From assembly GCA_030704615.1 (NCBI GenBank), contig CM060734.1, positions 30,876,001-30,940,000 on the forward strand: a stretch of 64,000 nt of DNA. The letters run 5' to 3'. Source of the stretch: Takakia lepidozioides. Lineage: Eukaryota; Plantae; Bryophyta. The first letter of the stretch is position 1; each line of letters opens with the position of its first letter. This document shows positions 13,881-25,579 of this stretch, piece by piece. The notes under the pieces were generated by a model. It was not told the origin of the DNA. It made no database searches and saw nothing but the letters and a program-made list of their open reading frames with translations. Made by a program: the position numbers and the translations under genes.

Positions 13881-15240
13881 GAGGCAGCAACATGGCTGGC
13901 CTCATTGATGCAGTCCGGTGGGGTTGCCAATGAGGGAGAGCACGTGATGTTCATGAAGGACCCGAATACCAAAGGTAAGAAGAAGAAGCCTCGACCTCCC
14001 AAGATCCCTTTAACCATCAATGAAGGGGCTGCCGAGGAGAGAGAGAGAAGGGAGAGGGAGAAGGAAAGAGAGGGAACAGCGGGGAAGAGGAAGGAGATAG
14101 TCGTGGAGAAGGGGAAGGAAAAGAAGAAGAAGAAGAAGAAGAAGTCCCATGGAGAGGAAGGGGTGAGTGTGCATGCGGGGGAGGGCATTGGGGTAACAAA
14201 GGAGCAGGGGAAGGAGGCTACAAAGAAAGGAGAGGGTGGGAAGAAGAACATGGCCTTGGCGATACAGGACGTGGAGTTGGCAAAGATCGTGGTGCCACCG
14301 GTGGAGGTGAATCGCCATGGTGACCCCTGCGGTGCGTTTTGGGAGGCTATGAAGAAGCCAGCCTTCGAATTTGCGATGAGGTGGTTTCCCTTTGCACATC
14401 GAGTGGGCTGATCAGCACTTTGGCGCGAAGCGGGCGTATGCCCGTGAGTTAGACCGCTGTGTCTTGGGAAAATGGAGTGACGGACCATCGGGTGCTAGAG
14501 ATGGTGGGGCAAAACTTGAAGGACATGATGGTACCGTGCCAGACAGATCATTCGGAGGGCATGCCCGAAAAGGGGGCCTACCCAAACCACCTTATGGAAT
14601 TACATAGGTTGGCAAATCCTGAATCATTTCTTCCATTTGTCGCATGTGCATTAATGAGGTGGATTCGATGCAAAGTATGTGTGTAATTCACTAATTGTTT
14701 GGGGGGGGGGGGGGCATAGGTATCATGGGATGCACTCTTTGCGGAGAGAATGATGCCGCAAAACAAGGCCAAAATTTGACCCGGGCACGCGAAGCAACAA
14801 CAGTCCGCCTTGACAAGCACGAATCACAACACAAGTAGGGCGCCGACGGATCCAGGGTTTTATCTTGCGATTTGCAAGTCGTACTTCCCTATGGATTTTG
14901 TTATGTCTTTTCTTTCTGGCTCCATTATTGCGAAGAACTGACTTTAATTTGTGCATGTGTAGCAACGCGCGTTTGAGAGGAAGTCATCTCCGGTAGAGTA
15001 CAACTACGCCAAGGAGCATGGTTGACAATCCTTCATGAAGAACATGGCCAACACGGAAGGGATGAGTGCACTACAGGGCACTAGTATGGATGAGGTCGGG
15101 GGTCATGGCCAGGGATTGGATGAGAGCTCTGTGGGACTTAGGGAACGCCGCCTCATTTAGGTGCTTTAGCAAAGGGCGCGGAGTCATCAGGCTCATCGGA
15201 TAGCTCTGAGTCCTCCACTGAGGATGAGGATGAGGATGAC
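13881..15240 (+). pseudogene. Degenerate Lys/Glu-rich ORF inside the CACTA element, possibly a TnpA-like second gene
   Basis: Splice-acceptor-like TTTCAG at 13875-13880, ORF 13833-14411 and frameshifted continuations, located just inside the right subterminal region. Identity is inferred from position only. Confidence 0.35.
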
Positions 15241-16949
15241 TAGTCCTAGTCCATGTAGGTCCCAGGGTCGGCCTACTGAACCCTTGTGAGCTTTTTAGCT
15301 CATTTCCTGTAAATATATTTCCATCTTTCCATCTTCCATCTTATTCATGTGTCGCACCGTCCTCACCCTCGATTCATGCTTGCTCAATTGTGTACCTGCT
15401 AAATCAGAGAAATGGAAGCTGTAAGGTCTCCCATCCCCAAAAACAAAACTAGGCAAAAAACAAAAACCACCCCAATTCACCCCCAAAATCAACCCCCAAC
15501 CCCCCCCCCATCAGGCTGCCCTCGCGACTGCAGGACGTCGCTATTGGCGAAGTGCTTTTTGGGCGGGGGTTGCAAGCCGCGACGGTCCCGCGTCGCAATC
15601 CCATTTGCGGGCGGCAACGCCCGACACCCCTTGTGACGTGTTTTTTTGGTCCAGGGGTCGCAAGCTGCGACGCCCTAGCGTCGCGGAGCCCACCACCCTG
15701 CCTGCGCCACTTCTTTTATTTTATTTTTAAATATAATAAAACAATGCCAGAGCGTCGCGAAAACCCACGCCCGGGCGTGGCGGAGCCCGACTCCTGCTCC
15801 TGCTGTTTTTTTTTTTGACATGCCCAATAGTCGCTTGGCGTACCACCCGGCTTACGCCACGTGTTTTTGGGTTTTAGGATGGGACTCCCGGGCAGGTTAG
15901 AAAAAAAGGGGATGCGACGCCGCGCCGTCGCCCCCACCAACGCCATCGGCTGGATGGCCGTGATGGCGAGACGTTGCTCGAAGGAGGCCCCTGCCATCGG
16001 CACGGACGGCCCGAAAAGCGACGTTTGACAGTCGCGGGAGTTGGGCGGGGGCTCGCGACCCCCATACTTCGCATTTTTGCGACGTCATTTTGGCGACGCC
16101 CATGCGAGGGCCGGGCGTCGCAAATTTGGCGCCTGCCGTGTGCCCGAAATGCGCGTTTTCCCGACGCTGCAGCGTGGCCTGGGCGTCGCAAAGGCCCCCC
16201 TTTTCCTGTAGTGAGGTCCTTTGGGTTGGTGGTTGGTTGAATCCTCCTTGGGTGAAAGAAAAGCTAGCTGCCTTCATGACACAAGGTCAAGGACAATGTG
16301 GTGAGGGCACCTTCTTCTTCAACACATTTCAGCCTGCTTTGTCCTCTTATCAGAATCGTCCCTAATGTTTCATGTTGAATTTTGCAAAGTTATCTCGTTG
16401 GGTGGATCTATGGTGACATGTTATTGCCAAGGTGGGCAACAGACAAATATCCAAAAACAGAAAACAGAGACGAGGAGAAGCTTTGGAACGAATATTTCTT
16501 GGACCCCAGTCAATGGTTAAATAATCAAGGCGAAAAGGTGAATGTCTGTTAAACAAAGCTTTCTTGGAAATCGTCATCCTCTCTCTCTCTCTCTCCCCAG
16601 CACATTTTTAAAGTCTCGGGACCAAATCAAAGTAGGAGCTAGTGTGTGATCAGTAGGGTTTGGGTGTTTGCTAGAAAAAAATTCAGCTGTCATTGTCAGC
16701 TTCTAGCAGAAAGGGCAAGGTATATGCATTAATGGTGCCGAGGAAGGGATAGCTGAAGGAGAGCAGGGATGGAGTATGGGTCCAGATTCATCCAAGAGGG
16801 ACGGATTTCCGGCACAATAGTGCCCATGATTCCCTGTGGATTGATAGCTAGAGGAAACCTGCATGGGTAGATGGTCAACTGGAAACAGCGGCAACGACAT
16901 CTTTGATCAAATCAGGCGCTCCACCATGACCACAGCTTCCGAGGGAGGA

Positions 16950-19900
16950 TGTCGCGCACCTCACTTCGGTAAGCTCCCCCTCAAGTCATAGTTACTCGCT
17001 TAGTTGCGCGCGCCTGACTCCCAACCTGGCCGCCGGGCCAACTTGGAGCTTCGGCTGCTCACCGGGGCATAACGGTCCCCCCTTTGTTCTCCCAAGGAAC
17101 CCTCCACCGATTTGGAACCAGCGGGAATTCCCTTTGGTAGTTGGCAGTCCGGAACAGCTCCCCACTCTTTGGTCGCTTTCCGGCTCGCTCGCTTACTCAC
17201 TAGTTTTTGGTCACCAACGGGCTTGCACCGTTCTCGGGGTTACTACTCCCTATATATACTTCTGTAGCTGTCCGCGGGGGTTTCACAACCAGCCATGCCA
17301 TTTTATGGCGAACCACCACGAAGACCCTCGACTCCCGGTGATGAGTCGCGGTGAGTCTTGGCCCACTCACCACGGCCCCTATGGACCGTGATGAGTCCCA
17401 AGACTCCCCACGACTCCCACCACGAGGTCTCCGCCCCATGGTGAGTCCTATGCCACCCCCACTAAGTCCCGCTAAGCTACCACCACCCCTTGTGGAGCCA
17501 CCCCCACCGCAACCCGGTGTGCGGGGCTCCACCTAGTGAGCGCCTCCGCCTCCTTGAGTGCCTTGGGCACTCAAGGGTGCTTCAGCCCCCCATACCTATC
17601 GCTGCCGCTGCCCCCACCACAGGGGCAGCCCCTCATGTGTCCCGACCCCCTGCCCTCAAGGCAAAGGGCCGTGACACACACCCCTACCAACAGGGAGTCG
17701 ATGTCCTCATCGACTTGTCCATTTTGTAGAAACGAACATCCAAGTTGTGGCGTCCCACATCAAGGAGTTTGTTTCCGTACCATGGCGTCCCATGGCAAAG
17801 AACCAAACCCCACACTTGACTCTACTCTCCACTAGCTAGTTCGGGCGACTTCCTCCAAGTCCCGGCCAGGGGTGGAGCCTCTCAAGCTCCTCCCAGTGCA
17901 CTCTTCTTGGCCTCTTCAAGGTCAAGGAACGATCCTCCCCGAGGATCGAATCGCCTTACTGCAACAACATTGCTTGCGATCGCTCCTGATGCCGCTTTTG
18001 GCATCACTTTGCACAAGGCTTCACCTCGAACCCCCTTTGACTAGGAAGATAACCTTGAACCAACCGTGCGCCCCAATCACTACAATTGGGTCCGTCTTGA
18101 ATGCTGGCCTGAGGTACGGGAACACGTCGAAGCCGCACTACGACTTCGTCCCGAGGCTACACGATTATAGTACGTGAACGGAAGCACATAGCTTCCGCGT
18201 TAGCCCGCACTACAAGGCAACCACCTCGGTAGTGCAGTTATAGTACGCGCACGCGCCAGGTGCGCACTAGCACGTGAACTCCCAAAGAAGGCGCATGTTT
18301 CCTTGCCCCTTGGATGGGAGTCACCCGATTTTGGCACTGCGCAAACACATGATTAACCCAATTTACCTCTCCCACTTTTGTAAGCTAGCATGCATTCTAC
18401 ACACTAGCCAACCACACCATGCATCACCATTCCAAACAAAATAGGACACACAACATTTGGAACCCATTTCCTTTATAACAAATTTTGTACAATACAAGTT
18501 TTTGCAATCGGATTCCTGAGCTAGCTAAGCCGGGCTAAGCATGCATTTCCTCCCCCACGCTCCAAGGTTGATGTCCCCATCAACGCTTCTTCCGCTTTTG
18601 AGGTCGCCCTTCGAAAACTGCAACCGCCTCGGATGCGTTTCCCATTTCTGAGGCACGCACCCAAGATGCCTCCACAAGATGATAGCCCTTCCATTTGACG
18701 AGATACTCCGTTTCTCGGTTCTTGAACCTCCTCGACTTAAGTACTGCCTCCACCTCGTACTCAGGTTCATTTTCATGATCCAACAGCACAGGTGGCGGAC
18801 GCAACACTTGATGCCGATTCGGACGCGCTTCATCTTTGAAGTAAGGCTTCAAAAGGGAGACGTGAAATACTGGATGCACCTTGCTGTTTGCCGGCAGCTC
18901 CAATTCATACACATCCTCATTCATAACCTTCCGGATGCGAAAGGGTCCCGCATACGGAGGTACGAACTTTGGACTCACTTCCGGAGGTAGTCGGAAATTC
19001 TTGATGTTCAACCAGACCTCCGTGCCTGCCTCAAACTTCACTTCCCTCCGCTTCCGATTCGCCTGCCTTTCATACCGTTTCCTAGCTTTGGCAATGTTGT
19101 ACTTTGCGAGCTTCAACAAACGCTCGCGTTCTTCTAGTACCGCCGCTACTGCCGGTTCCTCAACGTCCTGGGCGGCCCAACTTGTCGGCACCAGAGGTGC
19201 TTTTCCATAGACCAATACGAAAGGGGAAACTCCCGTTGCGGAGTGTTCTGTGTTATTATAACAGAACTCTGCCGCGTCTAAGTGTTCCACCCAGTCTGTT
19301 TGGTCTGCCGACACGTAATTCCGCAAGATCTGCTTCACTACGGAATTCACTCTTTCTGTTTGGCCGTCGGTCGTGGGTCGGAAGGCGGTGCTCATCTTCA
19401 GCCTCGTCCCCATCTTCTTCCAAAGTGCCCTCCAAAATTTACTCATAAACTTTGGATCGCGGTCCGAGACAATATCCTTTGGGACTCCATGATGCTTTAA
19501 GACGTGGGCGAAGTAAAGTCGTCCTGTTTCGTGCGCCGTTGCCGTCTCCTTGGTGGGGATGAAATGACCCATTTTACTGAACCTATCCACCACCACCATG
19601 ATTGCATCGAATCCTTTTGACAGCGGCATAGCAGTCATGAAATCCATCGAGAAGTCCCCTCTGGAATCGGCAAGGGTTGTAACAGCCCCGCTTGCTTTTT
19701 GTACTCGCTCCGGTTTTGTTGGCATGTGGTGCATGTCTTGACATACTCCTCTGCCTCCTCCCTCAGTTTGGGCCAGAAATACTCTTTCTTCAAGAGTGCC
19801 GCAGTGCGCTTGGCTCCGCCGTGGCCCGCAAGCGGGCTATCATGGCATTCTAGAGGCTATCTCTGATCCCTCCCTTCGGCACGTAGAGACGCTTTTGCTT

Positions 19901-22900
19901 ATACCGGAGCAGTCCATTTTGCAAGTGGAACTGCGATTTAACCCCCATCTTGAAGTCCTGCATCACGGACTTTGCCAGCTCATCCTTTCGGCAAGCCTTC
20001 CGGATCTTCCTTTGGAGCGCCGTCTCGCCCTTGTACACCAACAAGAGCTGTTGCTTTCTACTTAAAGCATCGGCTACCACGTTGTCTCGTCCCGGTTTGT
20101 ACTGGATATCCACGTCGAACACTGCCAAAGTATCTTGCCACCTAAGTTGTTTTGGGGACAACTTGGGCTGCGTGGCAAAATACTTCACCGTGACATTGTC
20201 CGTGAACACCTTCACTGGGTTGGAACCAACATAGTGGCGCCAAAGCTCAAGACAGTGCACCACCGCCTTCATCTCTTTCTCGTGCGTCGGCCACCGTCGC
20301 TCCACTTCATTCAGTTTCTTACTTTTGTAAGCCACTGGATGTCCATCTTGCATCAGTACACCCCCAATCGCGAAGTCCGACGCATCTGTATGTATCTCGA
20401 ACGGACGATCGAACTTTGGGATTTTCAAGACTGGAGCTTCCGCCATCCGCTGCTTCAATTCAGCAAAAGCTTGGCCACACAAGGTATTCCATACCCAGAC
20501 TTTGGATTTACACAGAAGGTCTTACAACGGCCCTGCGATCTTGGCGAAATTTCTCACATACTTCCGGTAATAGGAGGCAAGTCCTAAGAAGGATCGCACT
20601 CCCGGGACCGAAGTCGGAGGCTCCCAGTCCAAGATCGCCCTCACCTTTCTGTCATCCATTTTGATCCCATCCTGTGTAATCACATGCCCCAGGAACTCCA
20701 CTTTTGTGACCCCGAATTTGCACTTTGAAGCTTTGGCATACAGCTTTCCTTCTCGCAATTTTTGGAACACCCTTTTTAGGTGCTCTAGGTGCTCCTCCTT
20801 TGTTTTCGAGTACACCAAGATGTCGTCGATGTACACGATCACAAAGTCATCCAACCACTCCTGAAAAAGGCTGTTCATCAGCGTGCTAAATGTCGCTGGT
20901 GCATTGGTGAGCCCGAAAGGCATCACCAAGAACTCATACGAACCATACCTTGTCCTGCACGCGGTCTTCTCCTCATCTCCTTCCGCCACCCGAATTTGAT
21001 GATAGCCGAAGCGCAAGTCGATCCGGCTGAAATACTTCGCTCCTGTCAACCGATCGAAGAGGTCGTTGATCCTTGGCAAAGGGTACCGGTTTTTGATAGT
21101 CACCTTATTCAAAGCCCTGTAATCGACACACATCCGCAGCGTCCCATCCTTCTTGTCTGCGAATAGCACCAGGGCTCCCTAAGGTGACTTACTCGGCCGG
21201 ATGTACCCCTTTCACATTAGATCCTTGAGCTGATTCTTCAGCTCGACCAACTCCCTATGGCTCAACCGGTAGGGTGCCTTGGCAGGCGGTTCCGATCCCG
21301 GTATCACCTCAATCTTGTGGTCAACTCCTCTTCGCGGTGGCAAGCCGCTTGGTAAATCCTCCGACATCACATCCTGGTATTTCTCCAAAATCCCCTTGAT
21401 CCAATCTGGGCTCGGCTCCCCATCGCCTTCTCCCTTTACTTCTCTAATGTAAAGCAAAAACTGGGGCTCGTGTGCCTCCTCCACGGCCCACTCCCTTGCT
21501 GACAGAAGGTTTATTCGCCCTCCCACGGATTTGGGCGTTTCCGACACTCGTAAGACCTCGCCACCATTCCCACATGGCAGCGTGACTACTCTCTTGCGGC
21601 CATCTATGACCGCTCCGGATTTGCTCAAAAAGGTCATCCCCAAAATGAGATCCACTCCATCGATCTCGCAGATGGTGAAGTTCTCACGTCCCTCCCAACT
21701 CCCCAGTTGAAGAGGAACATCAAACGCCAACCTTGTCGCCAATTGCGGTTCTCCTTTTGCAGAACGCACCTCAATAGAGGCCCCCACATCACTTGTCGGG
21801 AGTCCCATCTTTCGCGCCGCCGCCGGCGTCATGAAGGAGTGCGACGCTCCTGTGTCCACCAACAACGACACGTTAGTTCCGGATATTATCCCATCCACGA
21901 ACAATAACTGACTCCCTTTACGCAGGGCGCCAGTTTCCTGATACAACTCACAAGAATAGTTGCCTACCTTGAAAGTCCTGGCGACCACCGCTTCCACCAA
22001 GCGACTGATGGTATCTTCCGACAGCTCCGTGGTTGCCCGAGTCATGTTCAATTGTCGAGGTTTCGTGCACTTCTTGGCCATGTGCCCGGGCTCCCCGCAA
22101 TTGAAACACACTCCATCAAAGGTCGCCTTCTGTTTGCCATAAGCCGCTCCACCCGCTTTTCCTTTCGAAGCACCGGGTGCCGCCTTGACGTGTGAAGGCC
22201 CTCCCTTCGATTTCCACGTGCCATTATCGCCGCGTGGCCTATCCCACTTCTTTTCCGGTCGGAAGGAGTCACCTTCCCGCCGGGTCTTCTTCTGGCTCAG
22301 CTCCGTACGGCCTTGTCTCTCACCCCTAGGGACATCCGAGAAACATTCAGCCCTCTCAATTGCCTCGTTCAAGGTCTTGGGTGGCTTCTCCTCCAACTTT
22401 CGCCTGGCCCATGGGGCCAGTCCCGCCACAAAGTTGAAGACCATTTCTGGTTCTACCATGTCTGCGACTTCGAGCAACAGCACATTGAAAGCCTGGACAT
22501 ACCCCCGAATGTCATCTGTTTGCTTCAAATTCCTCATCTTGTCCCGGGCAAGCCAGGACGCGTTGAGGGGTACAAACTGTCTCTTCATCAATTCCTTGAA
22601 CCCACTCCAGTTCAAGGTTTCCGGGCTTGGACCTCGGTCGTGAAGGCGTTTCTGCCACCATTGTTGAGCATAGCCCCTCAAATAGGTGGGAGCCACTTCC
22701 ACCCGATCCTCGTCACTCAACTTGGCCGCCCGGAAGTACTGCTCTAGCTCCAGGAGCCAGATGTTGAGTGCCTTCCGATTTCGGACGCCCTCGAAGGTGC
22801 CGGGTTCCTTACGCTTCACCTTGAACTTTGCCTTAGTGGAAGTGGCATTAGCCACCTTCAACACATCTCTCAACGTCCCGCCAAACTGCGCCAACAACCC

Positions 22901-23913
22901 TTCCCAAAAGGCTGCCGGCATGGGAGGCATCTCTTGGTTTGTCGGAGCTCTCAAGGATTCCTCGGGCTCCGACTCCTCGGATTCCTCCCGCTCTTGAGCG
23001 GCCTCCTTTTCGGAAACATGCATCGCTTCCTCAAACGGCCGCCTCGGTGACACGTCGCCCTCATCGGGCTCACCAGGATCATCATCTTTTGGGCCGTTCC
23101 GCTTTCGCTTTGGCTTGCCCGACCCCATGATGAGGCCAATCCCAAGGACGATCGCATACTGAACTCTAAGCTCTGATACCAAGTGTCGCGCACCTCACTT
23201 CGGTAAGCTCCCCCTCAAGTCATAGTTACTCGCTTAGTTGCGCGCGCCTGACTCCCAACCTGGCCGCCGGGCCAACTTGGAGCTTCGGCTGCTCACCGGG
23301 GCATAACGGTCCCCCCCCTTTGTTCTCCCAAGGAACCCTCCACTGATTTGGAACCAGCGGGAATTCCCTTTGGTAGTTGGCAGTCCGGAACAGCTCCCCA
23401 CTCTTTGGTCGCTTTCCGGCTCGCTCGCTTACTCACTAGTTTTTGGTCACCAACGGGCTTGCACCGTTCTCGGGGTTACTACTCCCTATATATACTTCTG
23501 TAGCTGTCCGCGGGGGTTTCACAACCAGCCATGCCATTTTATGGCGAACCACCACGAAGACCCTCGACTCCCGGTGATGAGTCGCGGTGAGTCTTGGCCC
23601 ACTCACCACGGCCCCTATGGACCGTGATGAGTCCCAAGACTCCCCACGACTCCCACCACGAGGTCTCCGCCCCCATGGTGAGTCCTATGCCACCCCCACT
23701 AAGTCCCGCTAAGCTACCACCACCCCTTGTGGAGCCACCCCCACCGCAACCCGGTGTGCGGGGCTCCACCTAGTGAGCGCCTCCGCCTCCTTGAGTGCCT
23801 TGGGCACTCAAGGGTGCTTCAGCCCCCCATACTTATCGCTGCCGCTGCCCCCACCACAGGGGCAGCCCCTCATGTGTCCCGACCCCCTGCCCTCAAGGCA
23901 AAGGGCCGCGACA
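16950..23913 (-). mobile_element. Full-length Ty3/gypsy chromovirus LTR retrotransposon, copy 2
   Basis: Near-identical LTRs at 16950-17676 and 23184-23913. 5-bp TSD GAGGA at 16945-16949 and 23914-23918. tRNA-iMet PBS TGGTATCAGAGC (23170-23181, minus). GAG-PR-RT-RH-INT-chromodomain coding region. Confidence 0.98.
18580..23128 (-). pseudogene. gag-pol of gypsy copy 2 with in-frame stops and frameshifts
   Basis: ORFs 21212-23182 (gag, CCHC knuckle, protease LVDTGAS), 20522-21169 (RT), 19850-20482 (RNase H) and 18580-19734 (integrase plus chromodomain). Confidence 0.95.
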
Positions 23914-24515
23914 GAGGACCAAGAGAGCAACAACGCAATGGCGTGAGCGTTGCGCGTGAGCGCGCGAGCGTACGCTCACGCCAGCTGACGTGGCGTGAGC
24001 GTCATGTTAGCATGCTGATGTGGCGGCAAATGATGATGTGGCACTGTCCGTCATCTGCCACGTCAGCATTAACATGCGCCGCCTATAACCGAGGATGGTC
24101 CTATGACCGTGGAATTAATGCAGGGAATCTTGCCTAAATAGAATCAAGACTACCATGAGGCCTACAATTGTAGCATCCAACATTGTGCAATTACAAATGC
24201 TTGTTTCACTTTTACAATTACGAGGACGAGAAAATATCCTCACAAAGTGTGCGCCATAGAGGCTGCCACGGGAAGACCTTCCTCCCTCCTCAAATAACAA
24301 TGAGAGTTAGGATCATCTTCAAAAGTTGATTGTAGTGCATAGCGACAACAAGACATGTAGACTTCGAACAGTGCAATGACAAATGTGCTTTTAAAAGTTG
24401 CCACTCAGAGCTCACTCCATATAGTTGGAGGCCATATCATTACACCGCTGACGAATTGATGTGAATTACACATTTCAAATCATGGTCATCCACATACCAC
24501 ATTGCATAGTTGATG

Positions 24516-24745
24516 CTACCCATGTGTTGTATCCCGCTGCAATAGAGTATCGACCTCGTTGAAACTCATAGTGGCCTGGTGAATGAAGTTGTCACGTTTG
24601 GGATCGCAAACCATCCTCTTCAAAAATATGAAATACAAATGTTTGCAGGGTATGAATTTACCTCTCTTGCCCAAACTGGTTGATAGCATATTCACAAAAT
24701 CAGGACATGTGCAATTGGGGAAATTGGAAACCGTGATGTCGTAGG
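24516..24745 (-). pseudogene. C-terminal SWIM zinc-finger segment of the outer MULE transposase
   Basis: YDITVSNFPNCTCPDF...PCKHLYFIF (CxC...CxH). It continues ...HDMTYD of ORF 35118-36164 once the inner element is removed. Confidence 0.9.
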
Positions 24746-24808
24746 CAACGACGCTACCGCGTGAGCCTGGCGCGTGAGCGTGTGAGCGTACGCTCACACA
24801 ACGATGAT

Positions 24809-24962
24809 GTGGCGTGAGCCTACGCTCACGCTGCTGATGTGGCGCTGATGCTGACGTGGCGTGAGCCTACGCTCACGCTGCTGATGTGGCGCTGATGCTG
24901 ACGTGGCGTGAGCCTACGCTCACGCTGCTGATGTGGCGCTGATGCTGACGTGGCGTGAGCCT
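24809..24962. repeat. 47-bp tandem repeat (about 3.3 copies) in the left subterminal region of the inner MULE
   Basis: Unit GTGGCGTGAGCCTACGCTCACGCTGCTGATGTGGCGCTGATGCTGAC at 24809, 24856 and 24903, with a partial copy at 24950. Confidence 0.9.
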
Positions 24963-25081
24963 GGTCCAGGTCATGCCATGTCACCACAAAGAAGGTGGGC
25001 CTATAACCGTGGAGCCCCCAACTACTGATTTCACCACATGAAGGTGAAACGGATGAAGGGTTTCGGGCTTTCCTGGAGTTC

Positions 25082-25397
25082 AACCTTCTGTTAACAGGAG
25101 CTTCATTTTGTAGAACTGAAATGAACGTTGTGTTAACACGAGGTTGTATTCCTGGAACAAAAATGAACTTCGTGTTGACACGATGTTGTTTTCTTAGAAA
25201 TAAAATGAACCTTGTGTCGACACAAGGGGGATTTGGAGAACTTCAAGTAAACCTGGTGTTAACACAAGGTTTACTTCCTGCAACAAAAATGAGCTTCGTG
25301 TTGACACGATGTTGTTTTCTTAGAACTAAAATCAACCTTGTGTCGACACAAGGGGGATTTGGAGAACTTCAAGTAAACCTCGTGTTGACACGAGGTT
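25082..25397. repeat. Array of eight 22-bp palindromes at an exact 42-bp period
   Basis: AACCTYGTGTYRACACRAGGTT-like units at 25082, 25124, 25166, 25208, 25250, 25292, 25334 and 25376. Confidence 0.92.
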
Positions 25398-25579
25398 GAT
25401 TTGATCATTTGTCTATCTGAAGGTAGTTTCTTGTGTTTGCTAATGAAAAGAGAATGACAAACCAATGCGACAAATGCATTCACCCACACATAGCCAAGAT
25501 GTTAGACGACATACATTGAGAGACACTGGACTTGAACAGTCATTCCATTACAAGTTTAGGTCAAGGAAAACTCAGATTT

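Larger units (their letters stand above)
8980..16213. mobile_element. CACTA/EnSpm DNA transposon, probably non-autonomous; left TIR presumably in the gap
   Basis: Right end TTTTCCTGTAGTG (reverse complement CACTACAGGAAAA) at 16201-16213. Dense GCGAC/GTCGC subterminal repeats at 9020-9250 and 15520-16195. No Tnp2 transposase recognised. Confidence 0.7.

Noticed and set aside
25082-25397. CRISPR-like repeat-spacer array
   Set aside because: The spacers are only 20 bp and themselves repeat in a 126-bp unit, the repeats are variable, there are no cas genes, and the context is eukaryotic.
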